From a virus (taxonomy: Duplodnaviria > Caudoviricetes): 64,000 nt of DNA. The notes beneath the pieces are model-generated. The model saw only the letters and a list, made by a program, of their open reading frames with translations, ran no database searches and had not been told where the DNA came from. Position 1 is the stretch's first letter, and each line of letters begins with the position of its first letter. Made by a program: the position numbers and the translations under genes. The stretch is taken from IMG/VR virus record IMGVR_UViG_3300042542_006078. One strand, given 5' to 3'. Shown here one piece after another: positions 44,151 to 54,234 of this stretch.

Positions 44151-44897
44151 TTAATGATATTGGCCATCATTGATTTCCCACCAAATCTTGTTTATTTCAG
44201 TATTGTTTCTTTTCTTCCAAGGTTTCTCAAGAGTGAAATGAAGAATGCAAACATCATTCTTCATTTCACGCCACTTATGAGGAGCGACATCATAAACTCT
44301 TCTGGTGAAGTTATAAATTGGTTTTAGTCTATGCCATCTATTTGCAAAATAATGATTAAGCAAGCCTTGATCAGATGGGTCTTTAGGTGTTTCAACTAAG
44401 TCTTTGGCCTCAAGCAATTCTTGATATACTTTTGAAGAAGGAGTTAGAACCATTACTCCCGAATTAAAATAATCACCTCTCCATCCAGCCCTCAAAGCTT
44501 TTCCTGTTTCCGTGGAGAATGTTGTTTGAAAACTAGAACCCGCTGCAAATTCATGCTCTAAGTCAAAAAGATGATCGACATTCTTGATGACAACCACATC
44601 AGCGTCAAAATAAATTATTTTTTCAAATTCTTGATTCCAAAGATGAATCTTATTGTAGCAATTATTGGCAAAATTTGGATTGTCTCGATAGTTCTGAGGC
44701 TTGCATGTTTTTGAACCAAGGTATTCAGTATCAATTACCTTACATCCGACAGATTGAAGCAAAGACTTATTTTCAGCCGAAATGTCAATTCCTATCACAT
44801 GTAAATTGCTACTTCCAACATTGGAAAGTGACCTTGCAAGACAATAAGCTCCCGGCACATAATCATTACTGGCTACTGTGAAATAAGCGTTTTTCAT
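44151..44897 (-). CDS. Glycosyltransferase family 8 (glycogenin-like)
   Basis: YFDAD, FNSGVMV, DQGLLN, ILHFT..KPW. Confidence 0.9.
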   Translation of the reverse strand: MKNAYFTVASNDYVPGAYCLARSLSNVGSSNLHVIGIDISAENKSLLQSVGCKVIDTEYLGSKTCKPQNYRDNPNFANNCYNKIHLWNQEFEKIIYFDADVVVIKNVDHLFDLEHEFAAGSSFQTTFSTETGKALRAGWRGDYFNSGVMVLTPSSKVYQELLEAKDLVETPKDPSDQGLLNHYFANRWHRLKPIYNFTRRVYDVAPHKWREMKNDVCILHFTLEKPWKKRNNTEINKIWWEINDGQYH

Positions 44898-44984
44898 AGT
44901 AAAGTTTTCTCGCCTTCAAGTTGCAGAAACAACTTCTGAATAAGCAATTATAAGAGTTTGTTTCATATTCAAAAGGAGCGGCAA

Positions 44985-45080
44985 ATGACAGAAATTCAAA
45001 TTTTGACAGTCATCATTTTTTTTAATTTAATTGCAGCTTATCTTTTAATCAAGACATGGAATTACCTTACAGAAAGTTAA
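44985..45080 (+). CDS. 31-aa single-TM peptide (not in track)
   Basis: AAGGAG RBS; MTEIQILTVIIFFNLIAAYLLIKTWNYLTES. Confidence 0.6.
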   Translation: MTEIQILTVIIFFNLIAAYLLIKTWNYLTES

Positions 45081-45185
45081 ATAAATCATGTAAAATATTT
45101 TTCTGTGGGTTTTTATATAAGCGGTAAAAATCAACAAATTCTTCATGAAAATTAAATTATTTCGTTAAAGATTTTGCCAAAAATA

Positions 45186-46073
45186 TTACATCATCTTGAT
45201 TGGAAGCAAATCTCCGAATCTTACGAGCAATCTTTCTTCAAAATCCTTCTTGTCTTGTATTCCTTCTGCGAGTATAGCGGCTCCATCAAGTTGAACTCCA
45301 CCACCGGGTCCGGGTGGATTGGCGATTCTTGATCGTATTCTTCCAAGAATAATTTTAGCAAAAGCAAGAGCGCCTTCTTGCATAGCTTGTGTAACGAGTT
45401 GAAAATCCGGTTTTCTTTGAAGATATCTGACAACTACAGGATAAGTTCTGTATGGAACTGGATACAACTTGACATGGCGATAACCACCTAAATATTCCCA
45501 ACCACCTTGCTGTCCTGATATGCGGTTGTACATATCTTCATATTGTTTGTAAAGAATCCAGTCTCCCATTTTGCCCCACACAGGCTGTTGTGGGTTGATA
45601 CCACCAGCGATTGAACCATAAGCTCCAGCACCCATGTATTCCAAAGGAATTACACCACCAAGGTCTGATGCCGAAAATGCGTAATTAGCAGTTTCTTTAT
45701 AAGAAATTTGACGAATGAATCCTACATCTGCTGGCATTTCGTAAACACTTTGGCCGGGAACTGTATAAAAGCTGTAGTACTGGAAATACTCAGAAGGAGC
45801 ATAATCCTCAAAAATCTGAAGAGCGAAATCTATGCTGTTTTCAAGTTGTTGATCGTCTAATTCCAAAGGAAGAACAGGAGCGCCGAGCATTGTAAGGACA
45901 TAATCTTTAATTTGTTCTCTGACTTTTTCTCTATTTCTTCTAGCACCGATTGAAATTAAAGGATCAGTAGGTCCAAGACTTCCGCCTCCATTACAACCAG
46001 AACCGCATGATCCACAGGAAAGCTGATTGTATTGATCTTGGGTAGGCCTAGGTATGTAAATGTTATTATTCAT
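45186..46073 (-). CDS. gp13: Neck/head-tail adaptor protein, T4 gp13-like
   Basis: IKDYVLTMLGAPV..ELDDQQL; AKIILGRIRS..PGGGVQLDG..ILAEG. Confidence 0.85.
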   Translation of the reverse strand: MNNNIYIPRPTQDQYNQLSCGSCGSGCNGGGSLGPTDPLISIGARRNREKVREQIKDYVLTMLGAPVLPLELDDQQLENSIDFALQIFEDYAPSEYFQYYSFYTVPGQSVYEMPADVGFIRQISYKETANYAFSASDLGGVIPLEYMGAGAYGSIAGGINPQQPVWGKMGDWILYKQYEDMYNRISGQQGGWEYLGGYRHVKLYPVPYRTYPVVVRYLQRKPDFQLVTQAMQEGALAFAKIILGRIRSRIANPPGPGGGVQLDGAAILAEGIQDKKDFEERLLVRFGDLLPIKMM

Positions 46074-46181
46074 GCTGCCCTGCTAAAAAAATGATCGATG
46101 TTATTTTATATATTATGAAGGTTGGATTTAACTAATATCCAAATCCCCAATATTATTGGTTGAAGAGCAAAAAGGAAATAA

Positions 46182-49064
46182 ATGTTGAAGTCATTCAGAG
46201 ATTATCTAAAAGTCGAGTACAAAAAATTACCCATTCTGATTGATTTTGATCGATTTGATGAAATGGCCCAGCAGAGACAGGTTGTTAGAAAGCCTGTCAA
46301 TCTTGACGAGGATGATATTAATTTTTTGAATCAATTTGATTACAGCAAGTGGGGAGACGCAATCCACCAAAGATACAATCTTCTTTTTGATGAAATTGAT
46401 AGATTGCATAAGGTAAAACATGCGAGAGATTTTAAGGTGTTAATTGATGGAATCAAAAACTTTTTGAAAGATAGGTCTAAGGAAAATGTAGATTTCTTAA
46501 AGAGAATACAAGAACCATTTGACATGAGCCAAGATGAAATCGAAGAAATTGCAAACAGACAACCTTTGAGTGATATTGAAGAACTAAGCGATCATGAAAT
46601 AGAAGCTTTGGCAGAAAAGTATGCTCAAGATCATTTTGATAATAAAAACGAAGATAATGTAGGCATCATTAATGATCCTGATTATCATGATTTTGTGTTT
46701 TCTGGAAAAACACGCATTCCGGTAGAGGGTTCTCCTGCACAAACTATTGGTTCAGGAAGAAGCGCAAAAATTACCGTTCAAGCAAAGCCATACATTTTAA
46801 GGCTTTATCATAAGTTGGAAAGAACTGAGGGCGAGGAACACCTTCGTGGATCTGGATTAGAAGGTCTCAAAGCAAAATACGGTTATGAACTAAGCCATCC
46901 TGTTCGTGGAATTGGGGAAGACCCCCATGTTACAAGAGGCATGACATTCCCAACATTGAAACAATCAAGGGAAGTAGCCAAAAGGTTTATGGAACTAAAT
47001 GCTCATCGCATGTTTGGCGAATATGGACCAGATGTCAAGTGGATGGATTCTGGTTTTGAAGATTCTTTTACAAGAGAAGAAGCAATTAGAAAGTATAAAA
47101 AAATTGTAAAACAAAGTAAAGGTTGTCCATCAACAGGTTCAAAATTGGAATTAGGCCAATCAACTGACATAGATGCCGATCTTATTGAAAGAGAAGCAAT
47201 TAAATGTTTAGTCGCCGACATGAAAGCTGGTAAAAAATTTAATGGACCTCCTTATCCTCCTGATCATCGAGATGGTTTACCTCTCACTATTGGCGTAAGA
47301 ACCGTAAAGGGCGAGAGAAGAGAAGATGTTTTCGGACCTCCTCTTTATTTGCCTTTTAAGAAAAATGAAAAAGACGAATGGAAACCAGTTGTCAAGCCAG
47401 CATATTTTTATAGAAGGGCGAATGTTGAAGACAGAGTTTCTAAAGAAGCAAGAATAGGTCATAACAAAGAATACATAAAAATGCAGGATGTTGATGATCC
47501 AACTGGGGAGGAGATCAGCAAAGATGCTGCTCTAAATATAAACCAAAATACGACAAAGAGATTGCGACTTATAAAAGCCACTCCAGAATACAAAGAAGCA
47601 TACAAAAACATTATGCAAAGCCAGATTAGGGCCGAATTTACCTTTGATCGTTCGGGCGAGATAGTTGTAATGCCTAACAACAATGGTAAAATGTTTTATC
47701 GGATTTTGTTAGGTGTTGCTAAATGCATAAACAGCAAACATTGCGGCGGTAAGACAACCCACGAAATGTCCATCATGAAGAGAAATATTCCAGCCATTTA
47801 TGATTTTGCTTATAAGTATGTTGAAGATCAATTTGGAAGTGAAAAATTTTTTAGCAAAAAGACTAATCAGTTCTTAAGTGTTCCCCAGCTTCATCGTGCT
47901 GCTGAAAAATTAGCACACACAGCAACCAATTTACTTTCTCAAAAGCAACAAACTGTTGGAGGAGGAACAAGAAGAAGGAGAGCTAAATCAGAAGAAATGA
48001 GAAAGGAAAGAGAAGAGAGGCCTCTATTCCCAACAAGAATACAGTATACTGGAGATTATCTTAATTTCTCTTATGATCCTGAAAATTTTGGAAAATATTT
48101 GACTGATTTGCACAATTTGGAAGCAGAGGCTAGAGAAGAAGAATCTGTAGCAAACCAAATCAAATCAAAAAGAACTGATACCATTATCGGTAAAAATGAA
48201 CTCGGCACACTTCTGAGAAATACTATCAACAAAGAAAACGCCATTGTTGAAGATATATTACAGATACTTATAGCAGCAATAAGGAGTGTCAACAGACTAT
48301 CTCCAGAAATATCAAGACAAAATGCAGAATCACAAATCAAGGAATGGGAAAAAGAACTTCTCACTCCCGCCGCAATGATTGATAGGATGAAAGATTTGCC
48401 AGTAATCAAAAAAATGATGGAGGAGTCAAAATCTCAGATTAAAACCAGAGGTGTGGCAAACATGCCAAATATTATTGTTCAAAGAGAAATTAATGATGCA
48501 AAATCAGAATTGGATAATGATTTAACATCACATGATGCAGATAGTGCTTTCATTAAGGGAAAATATGGTCCTGCTTTTCCTCCTCCTTATGGTCCTCAGG
48601 AGCAGGAAAATCAATATGGCACATATGTTAGAAACATGGCTCAGGAATTGCAAAGCGATCCATCTTTGACTGGAGACGCAGCGGGATTTAACTATGTTTT
48701 GCAACAAGTTCAAAAATATATCAATCAAAGATTGGGAATAGGTGAAGTACAAACTCCACCAAAAGATCTCACTCCAACTCCAAATGCGAATTGGGTAAAT
48801 TTAATGAACAAAGAGCAAAATCCTCAGAATTTGTTCGATATTGTATCTGATCCTAATTTTGCCAAAAATGCCATGGATAACATGACTGCAAAATTAAAGG
48901 GTAGAATTGATAAAATCAAAAATAAATTTACTCAGAATGATTATGAAAAGATGATGAAAATTTTAGATGATACTGGAAAAAGAGCGCAATCTGATGAAAA
49001 ACTTGCTGGCGATTATAGAATAAGATTTAGGCCCAGAACATCAACTAAAGACGAGGATGAATAA
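46182..49064 (+). CDS. 960-aa hypothetical protein
   Basis: AAGGA RBS; starts MLKSFRDYL. Confidence 0.85.
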   Translation: MLKSFRDYLKVEYKKLPILIDFDRFDEMAQQRQVVRKPVNLDEDDINFLNQFDYSKWGDAIHQRYNLLFDEIDRLHKVKHARDFKVLIDGIKNFLKDRSKENVDFLKRIQEPFDMSQDEIEEIANRQPLSDIEELSDHEIEALAEKYAQDHFDNKNEDNVGIINDPDYHDFVFSGKTRIPVEGSPAQTIGSGRSAKITVQAKPYILRLYHKLERTEGEEHLRGSGLEGLKAKYGYELSHPVRGIGEDPHVTRGMTFPTLKQSREVAKRFMELNAHRMFGEYGPDVKWMDSGFEDSFTREEAIRKYKKIVKQSKGCPSTGSKLELGQSTDIDADLIEREAIKCLVADMKAGKKFNGPPYPPDHRDGLPLTIGVRTVKGERREDVFGPPLYLPFKKNEKDEWKPVVKPAYFYRRANVEDRVSKEARIGHNKEYIKMQDVDDPTGEEISKDAALNINQNTTKRLRLIKATPEYKEAYKNIMQSQIRAEFTFDRSGEIVVMPNNNGKMFYRILLGVAKCINSKHCGGKTTHEMSIMKRNIPAIYDFAYKYVEDQFGSEKFFSKKTNQFLSVPQLHRAAEKLAHTATNLLSQKQQTVGGGTRRRRAKSEEMRKEREERPLFPTRIQYTGDYLNFSYDPENFGKYLTDLHNLEAEAREEESVANQIKSKRTDTIIGKNELGTLLRNTINKENAIVEDILQILIAAIRSVNRLSPEISRQNAESQIKEWEKELLTPAAMIDRMKDLPVIKKMMEESKSQIKTRGVANMPNIIVQREINDAKSELDNDLTSHDADSAFIKGKYGPAFPPPYGPQEQENQYGTYVRNMAQELQSDPSLTGDAAGFNYVLQQVQKYINQRLGIGEVQTPPKDLTPTPNANWVNLMNKEQNPQNLFDIVSDPNFAKNAMDNMTAKLKGRIDKIKNKFTQNDYEKMMKILDDTGKRAQSDEKLAGDYRIRFRPRTSTKDEDE

Positions 49065-49342
49065 TGAGTTGGATGAACATGATGATGAACCCAAAAGTTC
49101 ATAACTTAAAAAAAGCTTTGTTTGAAATTCTTAAAGAGAGATACGCTCAAAATGACAATATTATTGAGCGTGTTGGCGCTTCTCTTGTAACTGATTCTGA
49201 CATGAAGGATTTTATGACATTAGTTACAAGCATATATGAAACAGCATATATGAAATGCGTAAATGATCATCGTGAGCAGTTAAAGAAGGCTGGATTGGTT
49301 GCAAATATAGTTGCCAATAATCAATTTTCAAAAGATGGCTGA
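49064..49342 (+). CDS. Hypothetical protein
   Basis: TAATG overlap with upstream gene. Confidence 0.7.
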   Translation: MSWMNMMMNPKVHNLKKALFEILKERYAQNDNIIERVGASLVTDSDMKDFMTLVTSIYETAYMKCVNDHREQLKKAGLVANIVANNQFSKDG

Positions 49343-49923
49343 TAATCTGAAAGGATGCAGCTAAGAATCCAGCCATTTGCCTTTTGATCTTTCTTTTTAA
49401 CTCTCCACCATCTTTTGTTGCCAGTTTTTGGGAAAAGGACTGATCCCAAATTAATTGTATTTGTGTCTGTCCATATTTCGTAGATTAGGTCATTTTCATT
49501 TAATAAAACTGCTTCAAAACTTGTTGGTTTTTCGTATTGGATTGTCTGGTATGTTTCTCCATATAGATCATCCGTTTTTGTTCTCAAGATTGCTGGAAGA
49601 CAATGAACGAAAATCTTTTGGATTTCTGGTTTTGTTTCTTCTTCTATTCTTTGATTGTCGGGAGCGGTTATCACTTTCCTTTCAAATACTGGTTCTTCAT
49701 TTTTTTCTTCTGGTTTAGTTTCCTTTAATTCATCAACAAAATTATCTTGAACTACCAAATCAGACTGAATTGGCGTTAATTCTGTTTTATCTTCGGCTAT
49801 TTCTGCCGTCCACTTCATATTATGAAGAATGAATTTTTCATTTGCCCAAAGGCTTTGTTCTTTCATAGCGGGATTAGGCTTTTGCAGTTTATATGTGCTG
49901 CCATCTTTGTTTTTAAGAGCCAT
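49321..49923 (-). CDS. Hypothetical protein
   Basis: Likely start MALKNKDG (track start 49986). Confidence 0.7.
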   Translation of the reverse strand: MALKNKDGSTYKLQKPNPAMKEQSLWANEKFILHNMKWTAEIAEDKTELTPIQSDLVVQDNFVDELKETKPEEKNEEPVFERKVITAPDNQRIEEETKPEIQKIFVHCLPAILRTKTDDLYGETYQTIQYEKPTSFEAVLLNENDLIYEIWTDTNTINLGSVLFPKTGNKRWWRVKKKDQKANGWILSCILSDYQPSFEN

Positions 49924-49998
49924 AAAATATAGTAGTGATGAAAAACTATGATTTTTTGAATCACACTCTATATAACTTTGACGCAAGACGAGGTTTTT

Positions 49999-50427
49999 AT
50001 GGCTTTAGTTGTTCCTAATACTGGCGATGTGCTGATGTTGAAATATATAGTCAACCAATTAGCACAAGATGGCGGCTCTGGTCCTGTTGGGGGACAAAGA
50101 GTTTTGCGTCTCTTTACCAACAATCTTGCTCCGTCAAAGTCAACAGTCATTGGTGACATAACGGAAACTGCCATTGCCGGTTATACTGCGGTAACCCTTG
50201 CGGGTACAAGCTGGACAGTTGCTACTTCTACGGCAGGAACTAATTCAGCAGTTTATAGTGAGCAGGCATTTAACTTTTCAACCGCAGCTACTATTTACGG
50301 TTATTACATTACTACAACAGAAATGAGTCCTAGCTTATTGTGGGTGGAAAGATTTTCCACGGCTCCGTTCACCTTACCAGCCGGTGGTGGCGAGATCGCA
50401 ATTACCCCACGACTTACATTAGATTAA
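49999..50427 (+). CDS. Putative virion structural protein
   Basis: GAGG RBS; LRLFTN..GYTAVTL..TIYGYY..LLWVERF motif seen in phage tail regions. Confidence 0.6.
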   Translation: MALVVPNTGDVLMLKYIVNQLAQDGGSGPVGGQRVLRLFTNNLAPSKSTVIGDITETAIAGYTAVTLAGTSWTVATSTAGTNSAVYSEQAFNFSTAATIYGYYITTTEMSPSLLWVERFSTAPFTLPAGGGEIAITPRLTLD

Positions 50428-50454
50428 AATTACATTGAAAATTCTTACTATAAG

Positions 50455-50488
50455 AAACCTCAACATATTTTATGTTGAGGTTTTTTTT
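50455..50488 (+). terminator. Intrinsic terminator
   Basis: 13-bp stem aaacctcaacata/tatgttgaggttt plus T-run. Confidence 0.85.
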
Positions 50489-50542
50489 ATAAAATCTGAT
50501 TAAAAATTAAATTTTTCAAGTAAATAAAACAAGAGGTAAATT

Positions 50543-53185
50543 ATGATTACATTCGACTATTTGAATTTTATTTTGTCTGAGGCCAAGAAAAGTAAAAAAT
50601 TTGTTGGGCCAAGAATGAGTGGCAGCTATGACAGATATTTTCTGCCATTTCATGCAGACATTGAATCAAAGTGGGAAAAATTTAATGATGAATATAAAAA
50701 AAGCTTTAATTCAAGCCTTACTCCTCCAGAGTCCACTGAGCGTATCTGGACAAGCGACGATGAGAGAGAACGCAGGCAAGGCGTGGCAGGCAAGAAGGTA
50801 AAACAAGCCCAGCCAAGAGGAAAAGGATCAGGCACAAAAGGAAAAGATTTAGAAGCTTCTTATGGAGTTAAGTTTAAGAACAAATTTAACAAATTAATTG
50901 CCAATACTCTAGGATTTTTCAGCTTTGATGCTAAAGGTAAAAAAAATTATGCAAACATCAATTTTTACGGACAATTGATGGCAATTTGTTCAAACCAAGC
51001 AAAGATACTAAATTCAAGACTCAAGTTTGATGTGCCATTGGTTTTCGGAGGCATGGCAACAAGACTATGGTCTACTGAGAGACAAGAAGTCAGTCGTGGA
51101 GTCGAAGGTGGCGCTGGTATTCTTAATCCAGAATCAGAACAAAACAAAGAAATCAAGTCAAAATGGATAGTATCCAAAGATTCTAGCGGTAGACAAGTAG
51201 GACATCTTGATCCAAAAGATTTTAATGATGTGGCTGATACGCTGAGGGCTAATGCAAGGAATGCCGCTAAAAACTTTATTGAAAACGAAGACTTAAGGTT
51301 TAGGAGAGAAAGTGGATATTCTCAGGACTCTAAGGGAAGGGATGTCGAACTTGATCCAAGTTCTAAGATAACCGGAGAAAGAGAATCGATTGGAAAAGTT
51401 GAATTGGCTCATAACATGTATGAGCTATTCAAAAAATACATCGACACAAGAGATGAAAAATTCTATGATGATGCCAAGAATCTTTGGGACAACATCAAGT
51501 CCAGAGAAAGATTAAAATTTAGGTATTCTGGGGAATGGCAGAGATTTATAGATGAAGTTAAAGGTTATCCAAAAAAAATAGCCAACGAAAAATTAGCTGA
51601 ACTATCTCGTCTTGGAATGGGAGCGGGTACTGAATTCAAAACAGGATATGGATCAAGAAGAGCAGAAGTTGCCCATCGGGCTTTTATCGACAAAGTAAAG
51701 CGTAGGATGGAAAGTTATGTAAACTTTTATGAACTAATTTCTGATCCTAATTTTTATAATGAAGTCCAGAAAATGGCTATTGATAATTATGAAGAAATGA
51801 AAGTTTACAATTCTGGTCCAACAATTCGGTACAAATTCCTATCTAACGATAAGAACCCAATAAGTAATTATGTCAGAATAGATTTTGTGAATGCATTACT
51901 CAAAAAATATCCGATTTTCTCCCAAGTGGACTATTCTGAACCTTTGAATCTAATTAAGAACTTTGTTCAAGAATCGTTGAATGACTATGCAGCAGGTGCA
52001 AAAAAGCTGCCTAAAATGAGCGGTAACGCTTTGAGAGGATATAAGCAAACAATCGAAAAATTCAAAGAAGCAGGTGAAATTGCAGATATAGTTTTGAGCA
52101 AGGGGGAAGGACAAGAATTATCAGCTTCAGAATTAGTAAAGCGTTCTGTTGTTCTTGGCAAGCCAATGAAACTAGACAGGGCAACTGAGCTTGTAACCTT
52201 GGTTGGAAAAATACAATCTCAGACTGAAATAAACGCAGAAGATTTGATTCCGGGTGACTTTGAAGTTCCAGAAAAACCATCTTATAAGCCACAAGTGGAA
52301 ATCGATCCAGACTACGACACTCAATTTGCTGATATTCAGGCTAAGGCAAAAGAGGCCGAAGCCAAAGAGCAAGAAAAAATCAATAAACAATATAATGCTG
52401 ATATTGAAAAGGTTCAAGAACTTGAAAAAGAAGATGATGAAAGAGAAAAAAAAGGTGAGCCCAGAATGTATGTCAGGGACAAAAACTTGCCTCTTAGTCA
52501 GCGTGGAGATGATATTGACCTTGGTAAAAGAGGAACTTATCTTGGCGACTTGAGTAATTTTGGAGTCCCTGTTGAGCCATTGGCGACTCTTCGCAAAAGA
52601 ATCAAAGCCCTTGGCCATTTAGTTGTTTATGGCCCAAGCGCAATTTATGGCACAACTATAGATTATGGCCAAGAAAAAAGAGGCGACTATGAATCTGGAC
52701 CAGAAGTAGAATTCGGTCCAAGTTTTGGAAAACGAGGACCAAAATTGCTTTATTCGCCAACTGATCCAGAATACAAAACGGGCGCTTACACTATGGAACC
52801 GGCTAAGTATTATCCCGGTGGCAAAGCAAGAACTTCTGAATACAAACCAAGAAAAGTATTAGGTATGGCTCGCAAATATGACAACATCATGAGAGATTTG
52901 CCTGATCCAGTTATGACAAAGCCGCCAACTACTTTGACTACTACAGTTACTCCTCCAAGAGGAAAATTTAGTTGGTCTGATGTTTCTTTGAGGCCTAAAA
53001 CTTCGATTGAACCAATAGGATCTATAGAAAAAACTACTGGACCTGAAAAAAATGTGCCTATTCCGGGCAAAGCAATCGATGATCCTCTCCGATTTACTAG
53101 ATTTGAAGGTTATCGTAATGCACAGGCCAAATGGAAGCCTTTGCTTGAACACATCGTTGATTCAAAATTTCCTTGGATGAGGTAA
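50543..53185 (+). CDS. 880-aa hypothetical protein
   Basis: TAAATA and AGAGG upstream; long ORF. Confidence 0.85.
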   Translation: MITFDYLNFILSEAKKSKKFVGPRMSGSYDRYFLPFHADIESKWEKFNDEYKKSFNSSLTPPESTERIWTSDDERERRQGVAGKKVKQAQPRGKGSGTKGKDLEASYGVKFKNKFNKLIANTLGFFSFDAKGKKNYANINFYGQLMAICSNQAKILNSRLKFDVPLVFGGMATRLWSTERQEVSRGVEGGAGILNPESEQNKEIKSKWIVSKDSSGRQVGHLDPKDFNDVADTLRANARNAAKNFIENEDLRFRRESGYSQDSKGRDVELDPSSKITGERESIGKVELAHNMYELFKKYIDTRDEKFYDDAKNLWDNIKSRERLKFRYSGEWQRFIDEVKGYPKKIANEKLAELSRLGMGAGTEFKTGYGSRRAEVAHRAFIDKVKRRMESYVNFYELISDPNFYNEVQKMAIDNYEEMKVYNSGPTIRYKFLSNDKNPISNYVRIDFVNALLKKYPIFSQVDYSEPLNLIKNFVQESLNDYAAGAKKLPKMSGNALRGYKQTIEKFKEAGEIADIVLSKGEGQELSASELVKRSVVLGKPMKLDRATELVTLVGKIQSQTEINAEDLIPGDFEVPEKPSYKPQVEIDPDYDTQFADIQAKAKEAEAKEQEKINKQYNADIEKVQELEKEDDEREKKGEPRMYVRDKNLPLSQRGDDIDLGKRGTYLGDLSNFGVPVEPLATLRKRIKALGHLVVYGPSAIYGTTIDYGQEKRGDYESGPEVEFGPSFGKRGPKLLYSPTDPEYKTGAYTMEPAKYYPGGKARTSEYKPRKVLGMARKYDNIMRDLPDPVMTKPPTTLTTTVTPPRGKFSWSDVSLRPKTSIEPIGSIEKTTGPEKNVPIPGKAIDDPLRFTRFEGYRNAQAKWKPLLEHIVDSKFPWMR

Positions 53186-53206
53186 TTAATTTTCCTAGGA
53201 GGGAAA

Positions 53207-53749
53207 TTGGCTCTTTGCAATCTTGATGGAACACCATATCAATTAAGAGGAAGTGTTCAAATGTTTGATCCTCTGGATCGAACATTTGACCTTTTCAATT
53301 TATGGGATCAGGAGGCAATAAAAAGAGGTGGATCGCCAATTTACTACTATGAAGTTGTAATCACACAAGACATGATTGACCCGATTTATTTGGAGGCTAG
53401 GAACAAATTATTTTCCAATAATCCTGTTGAACTTTGGTGTACATATGAGCCTATTCCATCTCAAAATCTTTTGAATCAGTTTGGAATTGATGCTCCAGAT
53501 GAAATGAAGTTTGAATTGAATTATAGGGCTGTTTTGCAAAACCTAGGCCATCCTCCAAAAATTGGTTCAAGATTGTTTACTCCTCACCTTAGAGAAAACT
53601 GGGTTATTGTTCAGAGAAACCTAGGCGAATTCAAGATGTGGGGCGCTTTGAGAATAGAATTGATTTGTCAGAGATTTCAGGAAGATGTTGTTACAGGTGA
53701 CGGCAAAGTCACTCAGAAACAACCGGATCTTAAAATTAAAATTGTATGA
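53207..53749 (+). CDS. gp14: Head-closure/neck protein, T4 gp14-like
   Basis: QFGIDAPDEMKFELN..PPKIGSRLFTP; AGGAGG RBS before TTG; position ahead of gp15/gp18. Confidence 0.7.
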   Translation: MALCNLDGTPYQLRGSVQMFDPLDRTFDLFNLWDQEAIKRGGSPIYYYEVVITQDMIDPIYLEARNKLFSNNPVELWCTYEPIPSQNLLNQFGIDAPDEMKFELNYRAVLQNLGHPPKIGSRLFTPHLRENWVIVQRNLGEFKMWGALRIELICQRFQEDVVTGDGKVTQKQPDLKIKIV

Positions 53750-53758
53750 GGTGATATT

Positions 53759-54121
53759 ATGAAGTCTTTTTATGAGTTTTATCTTCAGATTCAAAGAGAA
53801 AATGCCGCTGCTCCTGCCGCCGGTGCTGCCCCTGCTGCTGCTCCTGCCGCTGCCCCTGCTGCTGGTGCGGCCCCTGCTGCTGGTGCTGCTCCTGCTGCTG
53901 GTGCTGCCCCTGCTGCTGGTGCGGCTCCTGCTGCTGGTGCGGCTCCTGCTGCTGCTGGCACAGCGAAGCCTGTTCCTCCACAAGACCCGGGAGTTGCTGC
54001 TTTCATAACTGCTGTTGGCAAAAACACAAAGGTTTATCAGGATGCATTGTCCCAAATTAAAGATCCCAAGTTAGCGCCAGCAGCGAAAGCGATATCTGCT
54101 CTTCTTAATCCTCAAAAATAA
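53759..54121 (+). CDS. Ala/Pro/Gly-repeat protein
   Basis: GAGGTG RBS; starts MKSFYEFYL; (AAPAAG)n. Confidence 0.75.
   Translation: MKSFYEFYLQIQRENAAAPAAGAAPAAAPAAAPAAGAAPAAGAAPAAGAAPAAGAAPAAGAAPAAAGTAKPVPPQDPGVAAFITAVGKNTKVYQDALSQIKDPKLAPAAKAISALLNPQK
53804..53959 (+). repeat. ~18-bp coding repeat (AAPAAG)
   Basis: Directly visible. Confidence 0.9.
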
Positions 54122-54234
54122 ATTCTTGTTTCTCGTACAAATTTGGCTTGTTAATTTTTATAAAATACCACAATGGCAATTTTGGTTTTTTGAATTGAGT
54201 GATGGGTTCTCCTGCGATATAAGGGACGAACCTA

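Noticed and set aside
46182-53185. T4 Alt-like ADP-ribosyltransferase in the giant ORFs
   Set aside because: No convincing R-S-E motif arrangement found by eye.
53621-54055. Several overlapping ORFs across the AAPAAG repeat
   Set aside because: Only 53759..54121 has an RBS and a family-type N-terminus; the others are repeat artefacts.
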